64,000 nucleotides of DNA from Eledone cirrhosa (lineage: Eukaryota): positions 59,706,001 to 59,770,000 of the forward strand of contig OZ024743.1 of assembly GCA_964016885.1 (NCBI GenBank). Direction: 5' to 3'. Both the position numbers and the translations under genes were made by a program. Below the pieces are notes generated by a model. The model did not search any database and was not told where the DNA came from. It worked only from the letters and a program-made list of their open reading frames with translations. Positions 12,821 to 24,642 of the stretch are shown piece after piece. Within the stretch, counting starts at the first letter, position 1. Each line of letters starts with the position of its first letter.

Positions 12821-15640
12821 GATGTTAACTCTGTTTTCCAGGACTTCATACTTTTGCTCAACAACTGTCTGATGTTGTCTGCCACCTTGAAGATCTCTAG
12901 GCTTTTGGTGATCCAAGAATGAGGTACCATGTCAAATGCCTTTTTGTAGTCTATCTATCCCATGGCAAGGCCAGTGTGTCTCCTCTTGCAATTCCTCATT
13001 ACCTTCTTATTAATAAGTAACTGGTCTTTTGTACCACGAGACTTCTTTCGGCATCCTTTCTATTCGTCCGGTAACAAGTTGTTTGTGTGGAGGTGATGGT
13101 AGATTTCCTCAGACACAATGCTTGTTAACAGTTTCCACATGAAGGACAATCATGTGATAGGTCTATAGTTGGTAACATCATTACCCTTGATTCGGTCTTT
13201 AATTACCAGAACTGAGGTACCATTTGTCAACCACTCTGGTACCTCACCTGACATCAAGCAGTCATTGAACATGGTTGTCAGTTTCGGGGGGATGGATGTT
13301 ATATTTTAAATCCAATACCCCTGCACACAATCTGGGCCTGGTGATTTCCAGTTGGTTAGTATTTGGGCCTGTCCTTTAAGAGTTTCAACTGTGATAGTCA
13401 AATCAGTTTGTTAGTGTGCTTGTTAACTAAACTCCTTTTGTACTGTTTCAATCCACACTGCCTGGTCATTATGATCAACATCCTGATCCCATATTCCTCT
13501 CCAGAATGTCTTAGTCTGTTACGCCTCAGGGATCAAGTTGTTGCCCTTTTCTTTCCGTTCAAGCTGTCCAAACAACATCTTGTTGTTGTCAAACATGCGC
13601 TTCTGTCTATACTGACTGACTCTGCTGTCATACCGCCTAATCTTTGTACTTTTTGCGACAATGCGTTGCTTAAGTTCCTCTATGATAATATTTAGATTGT
13701 TCCCCTAGTTTTATACTTTATTTCAAATCTAATTTTAGTGTCTATGTTTTGTAATGTCCATTCAGTAGGGACTCAAGCTTTCCAATGTTATTTCTCATTT
13801 CCTTGATTTGACCATTCAGTCGTTTCTTCCACCAAGGTTCTGATCTTTCTTGTTTGTTGTTTCCTCTCGTGTTTATGCCAAGTAATTTCCTCACCGCGTT
13901 TGCTGTTGCTTTGAGGATATTGTTGCATTGGTGGAGGTTCCTCGCCTCAAGGTATGGCATGACTTTGTTTACCTTAACCGTTGTTTCTTTTAACTTGTTC
14001 CTGTCTACAAATCTTAGGTTCATAGGTTTTCCACTATCATTGTTCATTTCATCTACCACTAAGTTCCGGATATCAACCAAATCTTGTTCTAGCCCGTCAG
14101 CATTCATTTCCTCAATGGCCGTCTCTTTGTTCGAGATGTGATTTATTTCAGCATTCAGATCATTGTCTGCTTGGGATGCTTCCTCATGTATCTCAACATC
14201 TTCACCTTCATTTCCCATTGGCTCGTTTGCCTGACATACTGCTCTCTCCATTTCCAACCTAATCTCTCTGCTCAGTTCCTCCAGTTCCAACTCACTTATC
14301 CATCCATTAGTTCTTATTACCCGAGCCTGCCCGGCCAATTTTTGTTCATCTAATTTAAAAGGACCAATCTCGTTCCAGATGTTATGAATTCGTTTCCTAT
14401 AGCCTTTTTCCTTGGGCATAATCTTCAGGTAACTTTGCATAACAGTTATATTCAATTATTTCGTCCAGCTCGTTCTGATCCCTTTCCTTCTTCTTCTTCT
14501 TCCTCCAACACCAGCAGTATTTAGATGACAGCCAGGTCCCTGCTGCTGGGCCAGGGAACACCTCCTGGGTGACAGTCTGTCACATGACATTCCAGTCTCC
14601 ACTTCATCGTTATTCGAACTGTTAAGGTTCGACATTTCAACACTCATATCGAGGATTGGTGAATGTATGGTTACATAACCACCGGTGATTTCATCACCCC
14701 CAGTGATTTCATCACGCCCGGTGATTTTAGCGTGGCACTTTCACGCTGTAGACGAACATAAATAAATAAATAAATAGGTTAAAATAAAAAAAAATAAACA
14801 TAACTTTCATTGTAATGTTTTAATGTCTGACTTCGTTTTTTGTTTGTTTGTTTTTTTACTTTGCGTTTTTCGTTGCTGCTGTGCTGTTTTGATTTTAGCA
14901 TCGTGGGAAGTAGGGCTGTTGTGTTCAAAACTTTTGAAATTTGTTTCGACTTGTTGCTTATCATTATTCCAGTAATGAACTGGGTAATTGATGGCCTTGT
15001 GCCCAAAGTAGAAACAATTATTATTATTATTATTATATTATACGGGGTCGATAAAACAAAGCACCAGCAATTGCCGGCCCTGCGTAAAAAAAATAGAAAC
15101 AATTATTATTATATTATAGTTTAGATTTGACATCGTTTAAACTAAACATTTTGAGAGAGTTTTAGAGGTACAACAGCAATAATGTTTTTGGTGTTGTTGT
15201 TGTTGCTGCTAGCTTTTTAACCGGGTCACCAAAGCAGTCTATTTATATCTGTTTATACCTTCCTCGCTTCTATTCATGTTTAGTGGGACTACTACCACCA
15301 CTCTGTCTTAGCAGGAGGTAGTGGGAGAGAATAGCGGCGGTAGCGATAATGATGCAGTCGTGGTGGTGATGTGTTAGTAGTACTGTAGTGATGCTGTTGA
15401 TGTAGCCGTTGGTTATGGCTAGATTTTTTGTGTGGTAGTGGTGATGGTGATGGTGGCGGCAGCGGTGGTGGTGTTGGTGGTGAAATTATTTGCCTGTTGT
15501 TTGTAGCCATGTAGCCATTTTTCTTTTTGACTATAACATTTCTGATCTAAAATTAAATATTGAATATTGAGGCCCTATGCCATAATGTGATGCGTTGTCA
15601 CTTCCTGAGAGTGAAAACTGTAACGTTATGTTCCATTTGT
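12821..15640 (-). mobile_element. R4/Dong-type RLE retrotransposon, family A unit A1 (5' UTR + N-terminus + start of RT; 3' part missing; degenerate)
   Basis: ORFs 14456-14647 and 13742-14455 (GYRKRIHNIWNE...EQKLAGQARVIRTNGW, EPWWKKRL); DNA collinear with units A2 and A4; SINE tail fragments inserted at ~14980-15112. Confidence 0.85.
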
Positions 15641-15666
15641 AATTATTATTATTATTATTGTTATTA

Positions 15667-18600
15667 CTCTTTGAGTCTCAGTCATTGATGTTAGTTAACT
15701 GGAAAGTTTGTTTCTATCACCGCCTCTGGCTTATGCTCATACCACTTCTCAGAATGTGGTAAATTGTTCACTTTGCATAGGTGCCAGTGGATCACCCTGC
15801 CCATCACATCATGTCTCCAGCCCTTATAGTGAGTCTGGGCTAGGTGTTTACACTCGGATACAATGTGAGCCACAGTCTCCTCTCTCTCTCCACAGATCCT
15901 GCACAGTGGGCTAGCCTCCTCCTTGTAAATATGGTGTTTCAACCACTTCGTTTTGAGGGCCTGCTCCTGTGCAGCCATTAACATTCCTTCTGTAGCCTTT
16001 TTAAGGTCTCCTCTTTTCAACCAGTTCCATGTCTGTTGATCTCTAAATTCAGTTTCCTCAAAGAAGGTACTATGAAGGGATTTTTCCTGAAGGCTGCTTT
16101 TTCTCCTTGATGTTATTTCCTCCTTGGACATCCCCTGGCCTATTGTCCCCTCCTTCAGTACAGTTCTGAGCATTGGCTCCTTACTATCAGTCACGTATTT
16201 GTGTAGGTTGTTTTTCTCCATCTGAACACAGTCCTCTATGCTGATAAGACCTCTTCCACCCTCAGATCTCCTTATGTAGAGTCTATCGACATCACTCCTC
16301 TTGTGGAACATGATGTAGATAGTCAATAGCTTCCTCGTCTTCCTATCCATTTCTTTTTGTTCAGCAACATTCCATCTCAGAATTCCCGCACTGTACCTAA
16401 TAATAGACACAGCTCGGGAATTTACTGCACTTATGGCATTCCTACTGTTCAGATGTGACTTTAATACGCTCCTTACTCTCCGAAGGTATTCAGTTCTTAT
16501 CAATTCCTTCATTTTTTTGTTCTTGATGTCATCAGCCTCCAGAACGCCCAAATACTTGTATCCTTCTTCAGAGTCAATTTCTTTTATCATCTCACCTGTT
16601 GGTATCTGGATTCCGTTACTTCTGCTCAGCTTACCCCACCTCATCACAATGACTCCACACTTACTAATACCAAATTTCATACATATATCATTGCTGAAAA
16701 TACGAACAGTGTCAACAAGCACATCCAACTCCTTCTCACACTTCCCGAAGAGCCTAAGATCGTCCATGAAGAGAAGGTGATTTATGGTAAGCCCTCCCTT
16801 TCCCAACCGGTATCCTGCTCTCACTTTTCGCAGTACGCTGGTCAGGGGCATCAGGGCAAGGACAAACAACAGAGGGGACACACTATCTCTCTGGAAGAAA
16901 CCTCTCTTGATCTTCACGCTTCACAAGGATTCTCCAGTTGATGTTAACTCTGTTTCCCAGGACTTCATACTTTTGCCCAACAACTGCCTGATGTCATCTG
17001 CCACCTTGAAGATCTCCAGGTTTTTGTTGATCCAAGAATGAGGCACTATGTCAAATGCCTTTTTGTAGTCTATCCATCCCATGGCAAGACCAGTGTGTCT
17101 CCTCTTGCAATTCCTCATTACCATCTTATCAATAAGTAACTGGTCCTTTGTACCACGTGACTTCTTTCGGCATCCTTTCTGTTCGTCCGGTAACAAGTTG
17201 TTTGTGTGGAGGTGATGGTAGATTTCCTCAGACATAATGCTTGTCAACAGTTTCCACATTACGGACAGACATGTGATAGGTCTATAGTTGGTAACATCAT
17301 TACCCTTGATTCGGTCTTTCATTATCAGAACTGTGGTACCTTTTGTCAACCACTCTGGTACCTCACCTGCCATCAAGCAGTCATTGAACATGGTTGTCAG
17401 TTTCGGGTGGAGGGATGTTATGTTTTTAATCCAATACCCCTGCACACCATCTGGGCCAGGTGATTTCTAGTTGGTTAGTATTTTGGCCTGCCCCTTAAGA
17501 GTTTCAACTGTGATACTCAAATCAGTTTGTTGGCGTGCCTGTTGACTGATCTCCTTCTGTACTGTTTCAATCCACACTGCCTGGTCATTATGTTTAACAT
17601 CCTGCTCCCATATTCCTCTCCAGAATGTTTTAGTTTGTTCCGCCTCAGGGATCAATTCGTTGCCTCTTTCTTTCCCTTCAAGCTGTCCAAACAGCATCTT
17701 CTGGTTGTTGTCGAACATGCGATTCTGTCTATACTGGCTATTCTGTTCTCGTATCGCCTGATGTTTGCACTATTTGCTACAATGCGTTGCTTCAGTTCCT
17801 ATATGATAATATTTAGCTTTTTCCTCCTAGTTTTGTACTTTAGTTCCAGTCTATTTTTAGTGTCTATGTTTGTTAGTGTCCCATTCAGTAGGGACTCAAG
17901 CTTTCCAATGTCATTTCTCATTTCCCTGATTTGACCACTCAGTCGTTTCTTCCACCAAGGATCTGCTCTTTCTTGTCTGTTGTTTCCTCTCGCTTTTATA
18001 CCAAGTAGTTCCTCACCGTATTTGCTGTTGCTTTGAGGATATTGTTGCACTGGTGAAGGTTCCTCGCCTCAAGGCATGGGATTACTTTGTTTACCTTAGC
18101 TGTTGTTTCTTTTAACTTTTTCCTGTCTACAAATCTTAGGTTCATAGGTCTCCCACTATCATTGTTCAATTCATCTACCACTAAGTTCAGGATATCTACC
18201 AAATCTTCTCCTAGTCCGTCAGCATTCATCTCCTCAGTGGCCGTATCTCTGTTCCAGGTATTATTTATCTCAGCATTCAGATCATTGTCTGTTTCGGGTG
18301 GTTCCTCCATTCTCTCGACCTCTTCACCTTCATTTCCCACTGGCTCGTTTGCGTGGCATACTCCACCCTCCATCTCCAAGCTAATCTCTCTGCCCAGTTC
18401 CTCCAGTTCCAGCTCGCTTATCCACCCATTAGTTCTTATTACCCGAGCCTGCCCGGCCAGTTTTTGTTCATCTAATTTAAATGGACCAATCTCGTTCCAG
18501 ATGTTATTCATCCTTTTCCTATAGCCTTTCTCCTTGGGGTTACTCTTCAGGTAACATTGCATAACAGTTCTATTCAATTCTTTCGTCCAGTTGGTTCTGG

Positions 18601-19926
18601 TCCCTTTCCTTCTTCTTCTTCCTTCGACACCAGCAGTATTTGGTTGACAGCCAGGTCCCTGCTGCTGAGCCTTGGAACACCTGTTGGTTGACAGTCTGTC
18701 ACATGACATTCTAGTTTCCATTTCACCGTTATTCGAACTGTTTGTGTTCGACATTTAAACACTCTTATCGAGGATTGGCGAATGTATGGTTACATAACCA
18801 CCGATGAATTACTTGTCTCCGGTGTTTTCGTCACTCCACGTGACTTTTGTGTGGCATTATCACGCTGTAGACGAACCCAAACAAACAAACAAACAAACAA
18901 ACAGGCAGAAAAAAACCCAAAAATGAATAAGCATAAGTTTCATTGTAATGTAGTGTATGAATGTCTGACTTAGTTTTTCCCTTCCCTTCTCTGTCCGTCC
19001 GTTTGTTTTTCTCTTCATTTCATTTCCTTTACGTTTTTCGTTGTTGATGTGCTGCTTTGATTTTGATTTTTTTTTTTTTTTTTTTGTTTTTTATTTTGAT
19101 CGCGTCATCAATTCAGTCTATTTATATATATCCATGTTTTCCTCTTTTAGTGAGAATTCTACAATGTAGCAGGGAGTAGCGGGAGAGAATAGCAGCGGTA
19201 GTGATATTGAGGCAGCGGTGGCGGTGACGGTGCTGTGCTAGCAGCAACTAGCAGGAGGTAGTGGGAGAGAATAGCGGCGGAAGCGATAGTGAGGTAGCGG
19301 TGGTGGTTATGTGGTCGTATTACTGTAGTGATGGTGTTGAAGTTGGAGTAGAAATTTGAGTCGACTTGACCAGAGTTTTCATCGTGGTAGTGGTGGTGGT
19401 ATTGGTGGTGAAATTATCTTTAGTGAAATTATCGTTAGTCGCGTATATGCGTTGACATTTACCCATAATATTGGAATTAAACATTTTTTTAAAACTAAAA
19501 CTCGAGGCTATAGTAATAGTAATTATTATTATTATGCTGAGATTGGTGGTGGTGGTGGTGAAATTGCCGTTATCGGGCTGTTGTGGTTAGTATACACAGA
19601 GGGGTGATAGGGTAGGTGGTGTATCTAGTTTCTGATGTTGGTGAAATTTTTCTGTTATTTGGCTGTTCTATATAGTGTAGACAGAGGGGGTTTCCTTCCA
19701 TTTATAACCATTTTCTTTTTGAATATAAAATGTATAATACAAAATTGAATATTCGAGCGATATAACAATATATTGTGGATCCGAATTTTTTGGGACTCAA
19801 TCTGGATGTTTTATGCGACATTTGTACTAAGAATTGTTATTTCACAATTGATTTAAATATGTTAAAAAATCAAAACTTACGGGAGCGATTTCTCGACCTT
19901 CTATCCACCATGTGTGTCTTCTTCCC

Positions 19927-19927
<1 letters not shown>
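15667..19927 (-). mobile_element. R4/Dong-type RLE retrotransposon, family A unit A2 (complete 5' end; endonuclease domain deleted; stops and frameshifts)
   Basis: ORFs 17996-18754, 17799-18050, 17467-17718, 16921-17445, 15691-16917 with NYRPITCL, WIDYKKAFD, HLLFMDDLRL, EGGRGL, CCHC finger CRICGEREETVAHIVSEC and RHD; bounded by (TAA)n on both sides. Confidence 0.92.

Positions 19928-19975
<48 letters not shown>
19927..19975. repeat. (ATT)n/(TAA)n spacer between retrotransposon units (also ~15641-15666, 20231-20250, 23670-23717, 24585-24642, 28941-29047, 30786-30812, 31086-31105, 32134-32205)
   Basis: A trinucleotide tract is present at every unit junction. Confidence 0.95.
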
Positions 19976-19977
<2 letters not shown>

Positions 19978-20230
19978 AGTTGCATTTATCTTGCTTTATG
20001 TTCATACGAGTTATCACCAAGTGACAACCAGTGACCTCAAGAGACAACAAGGTCCGCCATGTTCAAGAAAGAACGTACATACTCACACATGCATCTTTAG
20101 TGTTTAGACTTGTGATGTACTTATATTGACAGAATCTTCCTTAGGATATGGGCAGTTCCCATTAGTACTATCTTTTGTATTTCTCCTATACGCGGGTTTC
20201 CTGGGATTTGCGATAAGTAATCATTAGACC
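19976..20230 (-). mobile_element. R4/Dong family B 3' fragment (unit B1)
   Basis: Near-identical to 20251-20505 (last codons plus 3' UTR of B2). Confidence 0.9.
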
Positions 20231-20250
20231 TTATTATTATTATTATTATT

Positions 20251-23200
20251 ACAGTTGCATTTATCTTGCTTTATGTTCATACGAGTTATCACCAAGTCAC
20301 AACCAGTGACCTCAAGAGACAACAAGGTCCGCCATGTTCAAGAAAGAACATACATATTCACACATGCATCTTTAGTGTTTAGACTTGTGATGTACTTATA
20401 TTGACAGAATCTTCCTTAGTATATGGGCAGTTCCCATTAGTACTATCTTTTGTATTTCTCCTATACGCGGGTTTCCTGGGATTTGCGATAAGTAGTCATT
20501 AGACCCCTTAGGTATCATTCCCAGAGCGCCTACAACCACTGGTATTGTTTTAGTTCTCAATTTCCACATTTTTCCAATTTCTATCTCCAGGTCCTTATAC
20601 TTGCTCAATTTTTCAAATGTTTTTATAGATACATTCTTGTCTATTGGAACAGACATATCAATTAGCAGGCATACCCTCTTTTGAAAGTCCTTCAATATTA
20701 TATCAGGTCTGTTTGCATCTATTTTTCGGTCTGTTTGGATGCTAAAGTTCCACAAGATTGAGATGTGATCTTTTTCAAGTATGGGAGGTGGTTGATGCTC
20801 CCACCAATTCTTTTGATGGGGCAGGTCAAAATGCTTACACATTATCCAATGTATGTATTGTGCAGCTCTGTCATGCCTGTTTAGATATTCGGTTGGAGCT
20901 ATAGAACTGCACATTGAAATTATATGGTCAATGGTCTCTGGTTGTTTTTTGCATACACGGCATAATGGGCTGCACCCATTTTTTATTATGTTGGCTTGGT
21001 AATTTTTTGTTGGCAGACACTGATCTTGTGCCGATATAATCAGTCCTTCAGTCTCCGATTTCAGTCCAGAGGATGCCAACCACTGATTTGTTAAATTTTG
21101 TCAACATCAGGGTTGTTAGCTCGCTCTGGGTATTTTACATACAGATGCTTTTCTTGCCATTTCTTCGCCAGTTTCTGTAGCAGTTCTTTCTTTGCAGTTA
21201 CTTTTACCTGCTTTGCTTTTTCTGTGTTTTCCATTTCAGCAGTAAATGGGACTTCTGAAATTTGTAGTCCATTACTGTATCTTTGTGCATCTTTTGTAAT
21301 GGAATATGATCTTTTGATGCTTTCGTGTTTCAAAACGAGTTTGATCATCCAATCATGTGATTCCCTTAGATATGTAGATAATCCAATTGTTGCAGTTTTC
21401 AACGCAATGTCTAACTGGATTAACCCACGTCCTCCTTCTTTCCTAGGGAGATATATTCTATCTATATCTGCCTTAGGGTGATGCATTCTGTGCGTGGTTA
21501 AGAATTTTCGAATTTTTGTATCGAGCCCACGGATCTCTGTGCTAGACCAGTTGATGACATTGGAACTGTAGGTTACTACTGGTATGGCAAGCGTGTTTAT
21601 GGCATCGATCCTATTCCTTGCATTCAATTCCGTTCTTAAGATTGCTCTTACTCTGCGGTAACATTCCTTCCTTATCCTTTCCCTCATTGTCGATTGCTTG
21701 ATTCCGTCTCCTTCACAAACACCTAGATATTTGTAGGTTTTTTTCTTGATCAAGTTCTCTCATCACGTTCCTCCGATCAAGATTAATGTCTGAACTCTTC
21801 AGCAGCTTTCCTCTGGTGAACGTTGCTTTGGCGCATTTATCTAGTCCAAACTCCATTTTAATGTCATCACTGAACTGCTTCACAGTGGATAATAGCCGTT
21901 GCAATTGTTCATCATTTTTTGCAAATAGTTTCAGGTCATCCATGTAGAACAGGTGATTAATGGTTTTGTCATAGATTCTATATCCATGTTTTGTTTCATT
22001 GAGCATTTTACTTAATGGTATAAGTGCGATGCAGAACAAAAGCGGTGATAAAGAGTCACCCTGAAAAATTCCACAATTAATATTAACTTCTTCAGCTTCC
22101 AGTGATTTTGTTTCACTATTCAAAAGGAGTGTCGTTTTCCATGTCTTCATACTGAATGACAAAAACCTCCTGACAACGGGGGATATTTTGAAAATCTCTA
22201 AACATTTTTCAATCCAACTGTGTGGCAAACTATCGAATGCTTTTTTATAATCTATCCAAGCAATCGATAGATTTTTGTGTCTATTATGACAATCTTCCAG
22301 TATCATTTTGTTAACCAGAAGCTGATCCTTACAGCCATATGAGCCTCGTTTACACCCTTTCTGCTCAATGGGAAATAGGTCATTTGTTATCAGGTGGTCA
22401 TATGTATATTCAGTTAGGACTGATGTTAAAATGTTATACATTGTGGTCAAGCAAGTTATCGGTCTGTAATTTTTGGGATTGTTTGTCTCATCATTCTTCG
22501 GAAGCAGGAATGTAATGCCGTTAACTAGCCATGAAGGTATCTTTTCTGGCTCCTTAACTATTTCATTGTAAAGTTGGGCTAACAGCTCATGAGACTCTGT
22601 GAAGGCATTTATCCAAAAGTTTTGTATTTTGTCTTTTCCTGGGGATTTCCATTTGCTGGTTTTTCTTAGAGCCAAGCGTAACTGTTCAACTGTTATATTT
22701 TCCCATGTTTTCTCCTCAAGGTGAGCTGTATCTTTCATTTGTCTGTCTATCCATGGGGCATGTATGTTATGAACTTTTTCTACGGCCCAGATCTTTTCCC
22801 AGAATTCTTGCACTTCCTCCTTGGGTGGTATTGATTTAGCAGTTATTGTTGACTTACCAATTTTTCTGTAGAAGTTTCTTTGGTTGTCTTTGAACATATT
22901 ATTGTCCTTATAGAATCTAGATCGTTTTTCAAAGCGCCTTATACGAGCAGCTTTGGCCGACACTTTTTTGCTTGATTATTTCTATCAGCATGTCTATGTC
23001 ACATGTTGATTTTAAACTGTACTTTTTTTTCAATTTTCTAAATTTAGTTTGTTTAACATGTTCACCTACTTTATAGTTTGTTAACATTTCTATGTCAGAT
23101 CGGAGAAGGTTTATTTGGCGATTGATGTTCTCTTGCCAAGTAGATTTCTTATGGGAATTCGTTTGTTTTTTCATCTTCACTCCACATAAGTGAGTGGTGA

Positions 23201-23668
23201 CTTTAGCCGATGCATATTAGAGATGATTTAAATCAGTAATGTGTAGTTTGTTTGTGATGATAATGTTTTTGAGAATTATGTTAGTCTTGTGTATTATCTT
23301 TGGTTCTGTTTGGAGTTCTGGATCTTAGGGATGGTGTCTCATTGCCCCATGTCAGATTCTTTCATTTTCATCCATTCGATAATAATTTCATCCTTCAAGT
23401 TGGCAAGTTCATTCTCATTCATTTCTTTATCATTTACGATCTCATTATTTTCATTTGGAGTTTCATCCTGAGCATGCACTCCCTCCACTTTTTCGATCCT
23501 TTCTTTAATTTGTTCTGTTGCCAGTGATTCCGCCCCAACCCTGGGATTCGAGGTGTTACAGTTTACCTCGTTTTCACTTACACATGTTTCATTTTCCCTT
23601 CGCTGACTTTGTGCTAATAGCTTGATCTGATCAATCGCTGACTTTGTGCTAATAGCTTGATCTGATCA

Positions 23669-23669
<1 letters not shown>
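20251..23669 (-). mobile_element. R4/Dong-type RLE retrotransposon, family B unit B2 (5'-truncated; RT, CCHC and RLE present; disrupted)
   Basis: ORFs 22929-23180, 21713-22963 (GIFQGDSLSP, HLFYMDDLKL), 21091-21753, 20396-21079 (CRVCKKQPETIDHIISMC, RHD, RPDII...LIDMSVP...KYKDL); 3' UTR unrelated to family A. Confidence 0.93.
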
Positions 23670-23708
<39 letters not shown>

Positions 23709-23717
23709 GTTGTTATT

Positions 23718-24583
23718 CCTTGAATATCAGTCATTGATGTTGGTTAACTGGAAAGTCCGTTGGAATGAATATCAAGCCACTACCTGCAGCCTCAGATATT
23801 CAGGACGTATCGGAGGGTTCTTGCTGTTCCAAGCAAGCATGCCTTTTGAAGCGTTCCAAAAAGCGTGACGGGGCCGATTTTCTTTAACCATCCCTAGAAA
23901 CTTTTGGAGATAGTCCCCAGTGCGCCTATGACAATCGGATCACTTTGACTTCATGGCAGTTCCAAATCCTTTTCACCTCCCACTTTAGGTCCTGGTATCG
24001 GTTAATTTTCTCCCTCTCCTTCTCTTGCACTCTCGTGTCGAAAGGGCAGGCCACATCCAGAATCAGACACGATCTTTTTTCTTTGTGCACAACCACCAGG
24101 TCAGGTCTATTGTGTTCCAGTTTTTTGTCCGTCTGTATCCTAAAATCCCACAGCACCTTCACCTGATTGTTCTCCATCACCGCCTCTGGCCTATGCTCAT
24201 ACCATTTCTCAGAGTGTGGTAAATTGTATACTTTGCACAGGTGCCAGTGGATCACCCTGCCCATCACATCGTGTCTCCAGCCCTTATAGTGGGTCTGGGC
24301 TAGGTGTTTACACTCGGACACAATGTGAGCCACAGTCTCCTCTCTCTCTCCACAGATCCTGCACAGTGGGCTAGCCTCCTCCTTGTAAATATGGTGCTTC
24401 AACCACTTCGTTTTGAGGGCCTGCTCCTGCGCAGCCATTAGCATTCCTTCCGTAGCCTTTTTAAGGTCTCCTCTTCTCAACCAGTTCCATGTCTGTGGAT
24501 CTCTAAATTCAGTTTTCTCAAAGAAGGTACTATGAAGGGATTTTCCCTTAAGGCTGCTCTTCCTCCTTGATGTTATTTCCTCC

Positions 24584-24584
<1 letters not shown>
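23718..24584 (-). mobile_element. R4/Dong family A 3' fragment (unit A3; CCHC + RLE + 3' UTR)
   Basis: ORF 23926-24480 with CCHC, RHD and RPDLV...DVACP; 5'-truncated against (TAA)n. Confidence 0.92.
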
Positions 24585-24630
<46 letters not shown>

Positions 24631-24642
24631 GTTATTGTTATT

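Noticed and set aside
18087-18524. Long plus-strand ORFs over the R4 units (also 26126-26575, 26921-27364, 21098-21481)
   Set aside because: Antisense shadows of retrotransposon coding sequence.
19780-19927. HDV-like ribozyme at the 5' end of R4 family A
   Set aside because: No nested double pseudoknot identifiable by eye in A2 or A4.
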